Source of the DNA: an uncultured Verrucomicrobiae bacterium
GTDB taxonomy: Bacteria; Verrucomicrobiota; Verrucomicrobiia; Limisphaerales; JAFGQR01
NCBI GenBank assembly: GCA_963788655.1
Contig: CAWBHS010000065.1
Location: forward strand, 1-64,000
Length of the DNA: 64,000 nt
Reading direction: 5' to 3'
The notes under the pieces were generated by a model. That model made no database searches. It worked only from the letters and a program-made list of their open reading frames with translations, and was not told where the DNA came from. Every line of letters starts with the position of its first letter. Position 1 is the stretch's first letter. A program made the translations under genes and the position numbers. Positions 10,064 to 20,634 of the stretch are shown here, piece by piece.

Positions 10064-10607
10064 GCTTTGTCTCCTGTTCGTGCGTCCGCTAAATCAGCTG
10101 GGCGTGCGATACCTGATCAGCGGCAGCATCGCCGCGATTCTCTACGGCGAGCCGCGCCTGACGCATGACGTGGATTTCGTGGTGTTTCTCCGAGATACGG
10201 ATATCTGTCGTCTGCCGGAAGTCTTCCCGTCACCCGCATTCTACGTTCCCCCGCCCGAGGCCATCGCCATGGAAGTGGCACGTGCGCAAAAGGGCCATTT
10301 TAACCTGATCCACACCGACACGGGATTCAAAGCGGACTTCTATACGGAAGGCCGCGATGAATTGCATGGATGGGCGTTTAGGAATGCCCGCAAATTGGCC
10401 TATCGCGGAGAGCCGGTCGTCGTGGCTCCCCCCGAATACGTCATCGTCCGCAAGTTAGAGTATTACCGCGAAGGCGGATCGGAGAAACATCTGCGGGATA
10501 TCCGCTCCATGCTCGCCGTGTCAGGCGACCAGTTCGACGGACCGGCCTTGCAGGACTGGATACGAAAACGCAACCTGGGTGCCGAGTGGCGGTCAGTTTC
10601 GAGTTGA
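10050..10607 (+). CDS. Pol-beta-superfamily nucleotidyltransferase (AbiEii/MenT-like)
   Basis: GSIAAILYGEPRLTHDVDFVV (GS...DxD) and the KL...EKHLRDI C-terminal motif. Confidence 0.75.
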   Translation: MPEPELCLLFVRPLNQLGVRYLISGSIAAILYGEPRLTHDVDFVVFLRDTDICRLPEVFPSPAFYVPPPEAIAMEVARAQKGHFNLIHTDTGFKADFYTEGRDELHGWAFRNARKLAYRGEPVVVAPPEYVIVRKLEYYREGGSEKHLRDIRSMLAVSGDQFDGPALQDWIRKRNLGAEWRSVSS

Positions 10608-10824
10608 GCCGCACGCGAACCGCCAAACCCGCTCTTGACTCGAACAGGAGGCATCCCGTTCGACACACCGTCATTCCTCCCCGCCTCCTGCTTCGCTAGC
10701 GTCAGCTAATTCGAGACATGGATTCACACGCCCAGCATAGGGTTGTCGGAGAGGATGCGGAACGGTGCCGCAGCCTCGAGAGGCCGCAGCACCGTGACCC
10801 GGCGGGCGAGCCGGGAAAAGAAGA

Positions 10825-11898
10825 TCAAGCCACCGAGACTTCCTTGCAGAGATACACGTCCTGGATGGCGTTGAGCAATTTCACGCCTTCGTCCATCGGG
10901 CGTTGGAAGGCTTTGCGGCCCGAGATCAGGCCGGTGCCGCCGGCGCGTTTGTTGATCACGGCCGTCGTGACGGCATCGCCGAAGTCGTTCTTGCCGGAAG
11001 CGCCGCCGCTGTTGATCAGGCCGGCGCGGCCCATGTAGCAATTGGCCACCTGGTAACGGCACAGGTCAATGGGATGATCGCTGCACAGTTCGGTGTAGAT
11101 GCGCTTGTCGAACTTGCCGTAGCTCGAGTCGCCCATGTTCAACGCCTCGAAGCCGCCGTTGTTCTCGGGAAGCTTCTGCTTGATGATGTCGGCCTGGATG
11201 GTGACGCCCAAGTGGTTGGCCTGGCCGGTCAGGTCGGCGGCGACGTGATAGTCTTTGTCCTTTTTGAAGGCGTTGTTGCGGAGGTAGCACCACAACACGG
11301 TCGCCAGCCCCAGTTCGTGCGCCAGGGCAAAGGCCTCGCTGACCTCCACGATTTGCCGTCCGCTTGCTTCCGAGCCGAAATAGATGGTGGCGCCCACGGC
11401 GGCCGCGCCCATCTCGGCGGCTTCTTCGACGGTGCCGAACATAATCTGATCAAACTTGTTCGGAAGCGTCATTAATTCGTTGTGGTTGATCTTTACGATG
11501 AACGGGATCTTGTGGGCGTATTTGCGGGCCACCACACCCAGGACGCCATAGGTGGAAGCCACGGCGTTGCAGCCGCCTTCGACGGCCAGTTTGACAATGT
11601 TTTCCGCGTCAAAATAATCCGGATTCTTGGCGAAGCTGGCCCCACCGGAATGTTCGATCCCCTGGTCCACCGGCAGGATGGAGAGAAACCCGGTGTCGGC
11701 CAGGCGTCCATGGCCGTACAGGCGCTGGAGATTGACCAGCACGCGGTTGTTGCGGTCGGACAACGACCAGACACGGTCCACGAAATCCGGGCCCGGCAAC
11801 TGCAGTCGCTCTTTGGCAATTTTCGGATTCTTAAAATTCAGCAGGGAATCGGCCTTTTCGCCGAGATGTTTTTCAATTGTTGCAATCATAGTGTTCAA
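10825..11898 (-). CDS. fbaB: Class I fructose-bisphosphate aldolase
   Basis: [21 protein letters not shown] (Schiff-base Lys), [17 protein letters not shown]. Confidence 0.95.
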   Translation of the reverse strand: MNTMIATIEKHLGEKADSLLNFKNPKIAKERLQLPGPDFVDRVWSLSDRNNRVLVNLQRLYGHGRLADTGFLSILPVDQGIEHSGGASFAKNPDYFDAENIVKLAVEGGCNAVASTYGVLGVVARKYAHKIPFIVKINHNELMTLPNKFDQIMFGTVEEAAEMGAAAVGATIYFGSEASGRQIVEVSEAFALAHELGLATVLWCYLRNNAFKKDKDYHVAADLTGQANHLGVTIQADIIKQKLPENNGGFEALNMGDSSYGKFDKRIYTELCSDHPIDLCRYQVANCYMGRAGLINSGGASGKNDFGDAVTTAVINKRAGGTGLISGRKAFQRPMDEGVKLLNAIQDVYLCKEVSVA

Positions 11899-12078
11899 TA
11901 CCAGTCAGTACGCTGTTAACGCCGCCCGGCAACCTCGCCCAGCGGCGCGTCAGCATTCCGGACATTATTTGCGAATTCGGAACCGGCGCAACATGTTTTC
12001 TGTCACGAGGCTCGCTAATGGGGTGCATCGAGCGAACGATGCTTGTTTTGCCCGACACAGCACCCTAGATTCCGGCCG

Positions 12079-12130
12079 TTCTGGATTTCGGGTTTCCTTC
12101 GGATTTCGGTCCTTGGGAACTCGGATCTAT
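12079..12130. repeat. Degenerate heptamer (TTCGGAT-like) tandem repeat
   Basis: ttctggatttcgggtttccttcggatttcggtccttgggaactcggatc in the fbaB-cruF intergenic region. Confidence 0.55.
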
Positions 12131-12147
12131 TTTGGCTTTGGTCTGCT

Positions 12148-13050
12148 ATGTTCGCGAATCCTCAATCGACCAATGCGCGGTTGCGTGAAGCGGTGATGGT
12201 TTGCCTGGTCTTCACGTGGATCGGCAGCGTGTTTGCGCTGTTTCCGGCCCCCGCGTCACCGACATATCCGGCTTGGCCGGACGGCATGCTGCTCACGTGC
12301 GCCACATTCTCCGTGCTGCTTTCCCTGAATCGCCATCTGCCCTGGCAAAATGTGGTGGTGGTCGCCTTGATCGTAGCCGTCATTGCTGGCGGCGTGTTTG
12401 GCGGATTCGCTTACGCCAGTCAACCGGGGCGGTCCCTGGTGTACGCGGACAAACTGGGCCCGAAATTCTTCGGATGTTTGCCGTGGACCATTCTGCCGGC
12501 CTGGCTGGTGATCTTTATGGCGGCGCGCGGGGTGGCGTTACTGATAATGCGGCCCTGGCGGAACGGAGCGCATTACGGCTGGTGGTTGATCGGTGTCACG
12601 ACGTTGGTGGTGCTCAACTTGGGCCTGGGCTTGGAACCTATGGCTTCGCAGGTGAAGCACTATTGGCGTTGGGAGGTGCCGGCTTGGAATTGGAACTGGC
12701 AGGGATTGCTATGGCCAGCCCTGGCCCTGTGGTGCGGGACCGCGCTGCTGATTCAACTCCTTGCGTTGCCCTGGCTGATTTCAAAAAAGCCGGTTGCGCC
12801 GCCGCCGGATTTCCATCCGCTCTTTCTCTGGTTCCTCATCAATTGGTGGACCATTGCCGGGAACTCGACGCGCGGCTTGCTGAGCAGTGCCGGACTTTCC
12901 TTGGGAACCATGGGAATTATCACCGCACTGGCGCTTCGCGGCGGGCTTCACTTCGAGAATCCTGTTTATCGGCGCCGGAAGGAGTTGGCGGCAACTCTAT
13001 CTGAGGGAAAGGCCCAGTCCGCTCAAACGGGCTCGGTCCCTGAGCGTTGA
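12148..13050 (+). CDS. CruF/DUF422-like carotenoid-biosynthesis membrane protein
   Basis: Polytopic membrane protein with YADKLGPKFFGCLPW, LEPMA and YWRW motifs. Confidence 0.65.
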   Translation: MFANPQSTNARLREAVMVCLVFTWIGSVFALFPAPASPTYPAWPDGMLLTCATFSVLLSLNRHLPWQNVVVVALIVAVIAGGVFGGFAYASQPGRSLVYADKLGPKFFGCLPWTILPAWLVIFMAARGVALLIMRPWRNGAHYGWWLIGVTTLVVLNLGLGLEPMASQVKHYWRWEVPAWNWNWQGLLWPALALWCGTALLIQLLALPWLISKKPVAPPPDFHPLFLWFLINWWTIAGNSTRGLLSSAGLSLGTMGIITALALRGGLHFENPVYRRRKELAATLSEGKAQSAQTGSVPER

Positions 13051-13059
13051 AGGAGTGGT

Positions 13060-13788
13060 TTACGGAGGAGTCCCTTGGCCGTCCGGCGGCAATCCTAGAT
13101 TGCGCAGGTCCGGCACGACGAACCACATGTTGATGGGGGTGAAACACTGGTGATAGCCGAGCGAGCGGGCGCTGCCGTCGGCAAAGGCATAATCGGACAC
13201 GCCGGAATTGGATCGGCCATAAGTGATATGCCGGGACTCCTCGAGTTGTTTCTCATCGTCGTAGGCATAGTAATCCATCCACCAATGGCCGGAGGTGGTC
13301 ATCTTTTCCCCGAACACGATGGTGTCGGAGGTTTGTTGGATCACCGTTTCTTTCACCGACTTGTTGGGAGAGGCGTTGGTGAAGTAATCGTTGAAACCAT
13401 TGAAAATGTAAGAACGCGGCGCTTCCAAGGCTGGAATTCCGCTGCCTTTTCCGAAGTTGTCCGGATTGATGCCGTCACTGGGGCAATAGAGAATCTTTAC
13501 GTCCTGGTAATTGGGCAGCAACGCCACGGGCCAATGGTTGCTGAGCGCGCCGCCACGCAGCGGATAAAAGTCGTCATTGTCGTTGGCATACATTGTCAGC
13601 GAAAGGCCCAGGTTCTTGAGATTGTTCACACAGGAGATGCGCTTGGCTCGCTCCTTGGCCTGCGCCAGCGCCGGCAACAACATGCCGGCCAGGATCGCGA
13701 TGATTGCGATGACAACCAGCAATTCGATCAATGTAAAGGCGAACGGGCTTCGCCGGGCTTGTTTTTGCAAACGTGATTTCGCCATCAT
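13060..13788 (-). CDS. Prepilin-type N-terminal cleavage/methylation (DUF1559-like) protein, paralog 1
   Basis: [36 protein letters not shown]-terminal H...[10 protein letters not shown]. Confidence 0.9.
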   Translation of the reverse strand: MMAKSRLQKQARRSPFAFTLIELLVVIAIIAILAGMLLPALAQAKERAKRISCVNNLKNLGLSLTMYANDNDDFYPLRGGALSNHWPVALLPNYQDVKILYCPSDGINPDNFGKGSGIPALEAPRSYIFNGFNDYFTNASPNKSVKETVIQQTSDTIVFGEKMTTSGHWWMDYYAYDDEKQLEESRHITYGRSNSGVSDYAFADGSARSLGYHQCFTPINMWFVVPDLRNLGLPPDGQGTPP

Positions 13789-13926
13789 TTCTTCTCCAGA
13801 CGATAAGCGTAACCGACGGGTTACGATTTGTTTGGACGGCTCCTGACGCCGCCACATTCGAAGGGAAGCTCTCCTGTGGAACGTCCTGCTCAATCCGGCA
13901 GTTTAGCTGCAAACTCGCGCGCGCGG

Positions 13927-14679
13927 CTACGGCGTGCTGGGAGCGCCCGCGGGCAAACCCAGGTTTCGCAGCTCCGGTACAACGGCCCACATAAACACGG
14001 GGGAGATCGCCTGGCCAAAGATGAGGTAGCGGGCGCTGCCGTCGGCAAACGCATAATCCGAACCGCCCCCGCCCGAATTGGAGCGGGTGCTCATGTGCCG
14101 GCTTTGCTCGAGTTGCTTCAGGTCGTCCATGTTCTCGTAATCCATATAAAAGTGCCCGGACGAGGATTCCTTCTCGCCAAACACAATAGTGTCGGTGGGC
14201 TCCCGAATCGCGTTTTCGGACATGCTCAAGGCCGCGCTGCCGCTCATGTAACCGCTATAATTGCTCGGCGACGCATACTTGAAGTAATCGTTCCACCCAT
14301 TGATAATGAAGCTGCGCGGCGCGGCATCCGCCGGAAAGTTTGCGTCATTCTTGCCAAGGGTTTCCGGATTCGGAATGTCACTGGGACAGGTGAGGATTTT
14401 CAAATCCTGGTAGTAGGGTCGCAAGGTGGTCGGCCAGCGTTTGCTGAACACGCGGGGCGGGAACTTGCCGTCATAATCATCCGCATACATTTTCACGGAC
14501 AGGCTCAAGTTCTTCAGATTGTTGATGCATGCAATGCGTTTGGCGGTTTCTTTGGCTTTGGCCAGGGCTGGCAACAACATGCCGGCCAGGATCGCAATGA
14601 TTGCGATGACCACCAGCAATTCGATCAATGTAAAGGCGCCCTTGTGCGGGGCGCCCGGTCCAAAATTCCTATTTTTCAT
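13927..14679 (-). CDS. Prepilin-type N-terminal cleavage/methylation (DUF1559-like) protein, paralog 2
   Basis: [39 protein letters not shown]...[10 protein letters not shown]. Confidence 0.9.
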   Translation of the reverse strand: MKNRNFGPGAPHKGAFTLIELLVVIAIIAILAGMLLPALAKAKETAKRIACINNLKNLSLSVKMYADDYDGKFPPRVFSKRWPTTLRPYYQDLKILTCPSDIPNPETLGKNDANFPADAAPRSFIINGWNDYFKYASPSNYSGYMSGSAALSMSENAIREPTDTIVFGEKESSSGHFYMDYENMDDLKQLEQSRHMSTRSNSGGGGSDYAFADGSARYLIFGQAISPVFMWAVVPELRNLGLPAGAPSTP

Positions 14680-14857
14680 AGACACCATTTTGTCAGACGG
14701 CTGATGGGTCCAGCCGGTTACGGGCGAGTTTGACTCTCGGATCATTGGGAAAATTCATCGGTGGCCTTGGCCAGCGCGGCTGAACGATTGGAAGAACCGG
14801 CGCAATTAAGAATTTCCTTTGCACCCGGCGGGGGGCCAATTAGTTTAACCGGCGGCT

Positions 14858-14931
14858 TGTCCGATGGTGTAACGGTAGCACACGGGCCTTTGGAGCCTTT
14901 TGTCCAGGTTCGAATCCTGGTCGGACAGCCA
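14858..14931 (+). tRNA. tRNA-Gln (TTG)
   Basis: Acceptor TGTCCGA/TCGGACA, anticodon loop CT-TTG-GA, T-loop GTTCGAATC, encoded CCA. Confidence 0.95.
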
Positions 14932-15152
14932 ATTCAAACTTAAGAAATGCAATAAATACAGGGGTTTTCTCACTTATTGTCAGTGCAGCGATTTGTCATG
15001 AAATGCAATTTTTGGCAAGTATTTTGGCAAATCCTGGGGCCGTTATCCTCCCCGGAAAAGCACCGTAAGCCCTCTTGCGACTGAGTTTTGCATCGCACGC
15101 GGCCTGGTAACACTTCGCTTTGTCTGACCAAACGCAAACTGGAGGGCGAAGC

Positions 15153-15303
15153 GCTGACCAGGCGCGGGCAACAGCCCCAACGTGATCCTCCGCCACGACA
15201 AGCGCTTGGTGAAGGAAGCCGAAGCGAAGGAATTCTGGTCCATCACTCCGGCAACGGGTTAAGGGCGAAATCATAAAGTTCCCGACCAAGGCAGCGCCGT
15301 AAC
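15153..15303 (+). pseudogene. C-terminal remnant of a tyrosine integrase
   Basis: Hand translation: ADQA / GNSPNVILRHDKRLVKEAEAKEFWSITP / GEIIKFP. This resembles the GNSPxxIxxHY end of PVC-type tyrosine recombinases; the catalytic Tyr codon position reads GAC (Asp). Confidence 0.6.
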
Positions 15304-15647
15304 ACGAACCACAAAACTGTTGCTGCGACGCGTCCAGTCTTCGCACCTTGAAAACATTCTTGGCACCATCCGGAGCGTTGACGCGTTGACGCACCACGCA
15401 ATTTTTTTGATGCAATTTGAGGACTATGCGTGCAAAGCTTCGCATCGCTGCGTCATGTCTGAGGTAACAAAATGCTTGCCATCTGTCAGCAGGTTTCTAT
15501 GCAGAGGCGCTTGAACAAGCCTGTAAGGCTGGAAACCATGTACTCCCGAAAGCACGTTCGCCGCGGGAATAGTCCCCAATTGCCACGGGCCCACATTCCT
15601 CATGTCTCCCCGCATCGTCTGCCCAATCGCGTGATCCTGCTCTGACC

Positions 15648-18600
15648 ATGTCCAATCCCTTCTTCGACCATCCCATCCTGAATTCGCCGTATGCGTGCCC
15701 TGGGCGGCATTGGGAACTGGACGAGCAAGGCCAGCCCACTCAACGGATCCTGGACACCCGCCGGCGCGCCGATTTCATTACCCCGATTCCAAAGCCGAAG
15801 AAACGGAAGAAATCCACGCAGCAGGAGGAGATGGTGTTCGACGAGGGGAAAGGGCTTTCCACCAAGGACCAGCAATACGATCCCACCTCGATCATCAACG
15901 AAGTGCGCCAGAACGTGGATGCCTGGCGGGCACTGCCCAATCCCAACCAGTGGCAGGTCACGCCGGAAACCGCCCGACTGCTCCAGCACTGGCGGCACCA
16001 CGACATTCGGCGGCATCCGCCCTTTCTTCTGCCAGGTGGAGGCGGTCGAAACGGCCATCTGGCTAACGGAAGTTGCACCCCAGATCCAAGAGTGGCAAGC
16101 GACTGCTCGACCACCTGGCCAACGCCAACAAGGAGGCCAATCCGGAGCTGATGCGCCTGGCGCTAAAACTGGCCACAGGCGCGGGCAAGACCACCGTCAT
16201 GGCCATGCTCATCGCCTGGCAGACCATCAACGCGGTCCGCCGCCCAGGCAGCAAGAACTTCACGCGCGGATTCCTCGTCGTGCGCCCGGACTCACCATCA
16301 AAGACCGCCTGCGGGTTCTGCAGCCGAACGATCCGGACAGCTACTATGCCAGTCGCGAACTCGTTCCCCAGGACATGTTGGACGACGTGAACCGCGCCAA
16401 GATCGTCATCACCAATTATCCACGCCTTCAAGCTTGCGCGAACGCATCGAGCTTTCCGCCGGCGGGCGCTCACTGCTCAAAGGGCGCACGGGCGACGATC
16501 TGAACACCACGGAAACCGAGGGTCAGATGCTCCAGCGGGTCATGCCGGACCTCATGGGCATGAAAAACATCCTGGTGCTCAATGACGAAGCGCACCATTG
16601 CTATCGCGAAAAGCCAAAGGAACCCGACGATGAGGACCTGAAGGGCGATGACAAGAAGGAAGCTCGAGAAAAACAACGAAGCCGCCCGCCTCTGGATCTC
16701 CGGTCTCGAAGCCGTGAACCGAAAACTGGGTCTGGCGCGCGTGATCGACCTCTCGGCCACTCCGTTCTTCTTGCGCGGTTCCGGCTATGCTGAAGGCACG
16801 CTCTTCCCGTGGACCATGAGCGACTTTTCGCTGATGGATGCCATCGAGTGCGGCATCGTGAAACTGCCCCGCGTTCCCGTCGCGGAAAACATTCCCGGCG
16901 ACGAGATGCCGATGTTACCGCAATCTCTGGGAGAACATCCGCAAGGACATGCCGAAGAAAGGTCGCGGCAAGGCGGAGGCACTCGATCCGCTCAAACTCC
17001 CCACCCGGCTGCAGACCGCGCTCCAGGCGCTCTACGGGCACTACGAGAAGACCTACAAACTCTGGGAGGAGGCGGGCATTCGGGTGCCGCCCTGTTTCAT
17101 CGTTGTTTGCCAAAACACCGCCATCTCGAAGCTGGTCTATGACTTCATTTCCGGCTTCCAGCGTAAGAACGATGACGGCACGACCACGCTGGAGAACGGC
17201 CGCCTGCCCTGTTCCGCAACTTCGACGAGACCACCGGCAACCCGCTTCCCCGCCCCAACACCCTGCTGATTGACAGTGAACAACTCGAAGCCGGCGACGC
17301 CCTCGACGACGAACTTTCGCAGCATGGCGGCAGACGAAATCGAACGCTTTCGCCGCGAAATCATCGAGCGCACCGGGGACGCCCGCGTCGGCCGAGCAAC
17401 CTCACCGACCAGGAGTTGCTGCGCGAAGTCATGAACACCGTCGGCAAGTACGGCCAACTCGGCGGGGCCATTCGCTGCGTCGTTTCCGTTTCGATGCTCA
17501 CCGAAGGTTGGGATGCCAATACCGTCACCCACGTTCTCGGCATTCGCGCCTTTGGCACCCAACTCCTGTGCGAACAGGTCATCGGGCGCGCACTGCGGCG
17601 CCAGTCCTACGACCTGAATGAGGAGGGGCTCTTCAATGTCGAATACGCCGATGTATTCGGCATTCCGTTCGACTTCACGGCCAAGCCCGTCGTCGCGCCG
17701 CCGCAACCGCCGCGCGAAACGGTTCAGGTCAAAGCGGTCCGCCCCGAACGGGACGCGCTCGAAATCCGATTCCCCCGCGTCGAAGGCTACCGCGTCGAAC
17801 TGCCGGAAGAACGTCTCACAGCCAGTTCAACGACGATTCCGTTCTTGAACTCACTCCCGATCTGGTCGGCCCTTCCATAACCCGAAACTCCGGCATCATC
17901 GGTGAAGGCGTGGACATGAATCTGGAGCACCTGGGCGACGTGCGCCCCTCCACGCTGGTGTTCCACCTCACCCAGCGACTGCTCTACACTAAATGGCGCG
18001 ATCCCGGCGAGGAACCCAAGCTCCATCTCTTCGGCCAGCTCAAGCGCATCACCAAGCAGTGGCTCGACGCCTGCCTCGTCTGCAAAGGCGGCACCTATCC
18101 CGCCCAGCTCATGTATCAGGAACTCGCGGACATGGCGTGCAATCGGATCACCGCCGGCATCACCGCGCAGTTCGATAGGCAAGCGCCCCATCAAAGCCTT
18201 GCTCGATCCCTACAATCCCACTGGCTCGTCGGCCCACGTTCGATTTCAACACCTCGCAGCACCGACCGTTGGGAAACCAGATTCCGAGCATTGCCACGTC
18301 AACTGGGTGGTGCTCGACAGCGATTGGGAAGCCGAGTTCTGCCGCGTGGCGGAGTCGCATCCGAAGGTTCGCGCCTACGTCAAGAATCACAATCTTGGCC
18401 TCGAAGTGCCCTATCGATACGGCTCGGAAATCGCGGAAATATCGCCCCGACTTCATCGTACTGGTGGACGATGGCCACGGCCCCGAGCGATCTGCTCCAC
18501 CTGGTCGTCGAAATCAAAGGCTATCGGCGCGAGGACGCGAAAGAGAAGAAAGCCGACCATGGAAACCTATTGGGTGCCTGGCGTGAACAATCTGGAAGCA

Positions 18601-18740
18601 ATACGGCCGATGGGCGTTCGCCGAGTTCACCGAGGTGTACCAAATCGAAGCAGACTTCGAAGCAAAGGTAGAAACCGAGTTCAGCCGGATGATTGACAAG
18701 GTCACGACAGAATCCGACACGAAGAAGAAGGATAACGGAT
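15648..18740 (+). pseudogene. Type III-like restriction endonuclease/helicase (Res, BPTD_3080-like); many frameshifts (pseudogene or sequencing error)
   Basis: Fragments in changing frames: PILNSPY, LKLATGAGKTTVM (Walker A), LNDEAHHCY (DEAH), SMLTEGWD, LCEQVIGRALRR, PDFIV / VEIKG (PD-(D/E)xK). Confidence 0.85.
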
Positions 18741-20620
18741 GTTTGATACCACCAAAGAGGACCTCAAAGACATACTGCGCAAAGTGGAGGAAGGAAAACT
18801 CCAGCTTCCCGATTTTCAGCGCGACTACGTATGGGGTGACGAAGACGTTCGAAGTCTGATCGCATCGATTGCCAAAGGATTCCCGGTTGGGGCGTTGTTG
18901 ACGTTGGAGACGGGTGGCGAGGTGGAGTTCAAGCCTCGACTGTTGCGTCGGGGTACCGGAACCTAAATGTCTGAATCCAGGCGAATTGCTGCTGGATGGT
19001 CAGCAGCGAATGACTTCGCTGTATCAGGCGACGTTCGCGAAAACGCCTGTTCGAACGCGAACGCCGAAGGGCATGGAGATCGAGCGCTTCTACTACCTCG
19101 ACATCAAGCTTGCGGTGTCGCGTGGGACACTCGACGAGGCGATCGTCGGGGTGCCCGCGGACAGGATCGTTCGAACCAATTCGTCGAAAGCCGGTTCTCG
19201 ACCTTTCCACAAAGGAAGCCGAATTCGAGCACGACTGTTCCCGCTCAACCAAGTCTTCGACAGCCGCAACTGGTATTCATGACTGGCGCGGCTATTGGAA
19301 GACGCGAAAGGCCGGACGTTCGACATTGAGACGAAGTTTTTCAGGGGCATCGTCGATACCATCCAGCGCTACAAAATGCCAATCATCCGTCTCGACCGGA
19401 ACAACAGTCGCGAGGCCATCTGTCTGGTATTCGAGAAAGTGAATGTTGGTGGGAAGAAACTGGATGCGTTCGAGCTGGTCACCGCGATCTATGCCGCCGT
19501 CGATTCGACCTGCGAGAGGACTGGCACGGACCTCAGCCGGCAAAGCGCTCAAGGACGCCACGCGCGAATGATCGCATGCGCCAAATCGACGTGACGTGTT
19601 GACGCAGATCGCGAGCACGGATTTCCTTCAGGCGTGCACATTACTCCACACCCGGGAAACGCGCTTCGAAAAAGCGGATCAGGGGTTAAAGGATAAGGAA
19701 CTGCCGCAGGTGTAGTGTAAGCGTGCAGGCAATGCTCGGGTTGCCGCTACAGGCGTATCGCGCCACGCAGACGCCCTTGAGTCGGGCTTCATAGAAGCCG
19801 CGGGATTTCTGAACGAGCTGAAGATCATTTGGCACAAAGACGTACCGTATCCACCGCAAATCGTAGCACTTGCCGTATTCCATTCTGTGGTCGGAGAACA
19901 GCACAGACAGCGGCGGCCAAGGAAAGGCTGGCCCAGTGGTTTTGGTCGGTGGTACTGGGAGAGCTGTACGGATCTAGCACGGAATCAAGACTGGGGCGCG
20001 ATGTACCTGAGCTAGTCGAGTGGATCATGGACGCGGGCCGCGACCTAGTTCGCTCGACGAAGCGATATTCCAGCAGGACCGATCTCTACTGCGCTGCGGA
20101 CACGTCAATCTGCCGCCTACAAGAGGAGTGCACGCGCTTCTGATGCGCCAAGGCTGCCGGGATTTCATTACGGGCACGCGCTACCGATCTGATGACGTTT
20201 TACAACGACAAGATCGACATCCACCATATCTTTCCGCAGAAGTAGTGCAAGAAGCAGGCTTAAACCCGACGGTCTTCAATGCGGTGGTCAACAAGACCCC
20301 ACTCTCGAAGAAGTCGAACATCCTGATCAGCGGTGACGCTCCGTCTGTCTATCTGGCGCGGATCGAAACCGAAGCAGGGCTTGTCTCCCGAAAGGCTGGA
20401 CTGACATCCTGCGTACGCACTTGATCGAGCCAGAACACCTGCGAGCGGACAATTTCGAAGGCTTCTTCGATGCGCGCATCAAAGCGCTCGCGACTCTGAT
20501 CGCCGGCGCGCTTGGCAAGGCAGTGGTTGAAAGCACGGATCGAATGAAGAGGAACACGAAGTTGAGGAAGATATCGAGTTGCTACCAGCCGAAGCGGACG
20601 AAGAGTTGGCGGCAGTGTAA
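18739..20620 (+). pseudogene. DUF262 (GmrSD-like) protein with C-terminal HNH-like part; frameshifts and in-frame stops
   Basis: QLPDFQRDYVW, LLDGQQRMTSL, VFEKVNVGGKKL, DIHHIFP, NKTPLS fragments. Confidence 0.8.
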
Positions 20621-20634
20621 GGTGCACAAGTCCC

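Noticed and set aside
13060..14679. Diversity-generating retroelement TR/VR pair
   Set aside because: Both copies are full genes, their differences are not adenine-specific, and there is no reverse transcriptase in the window.
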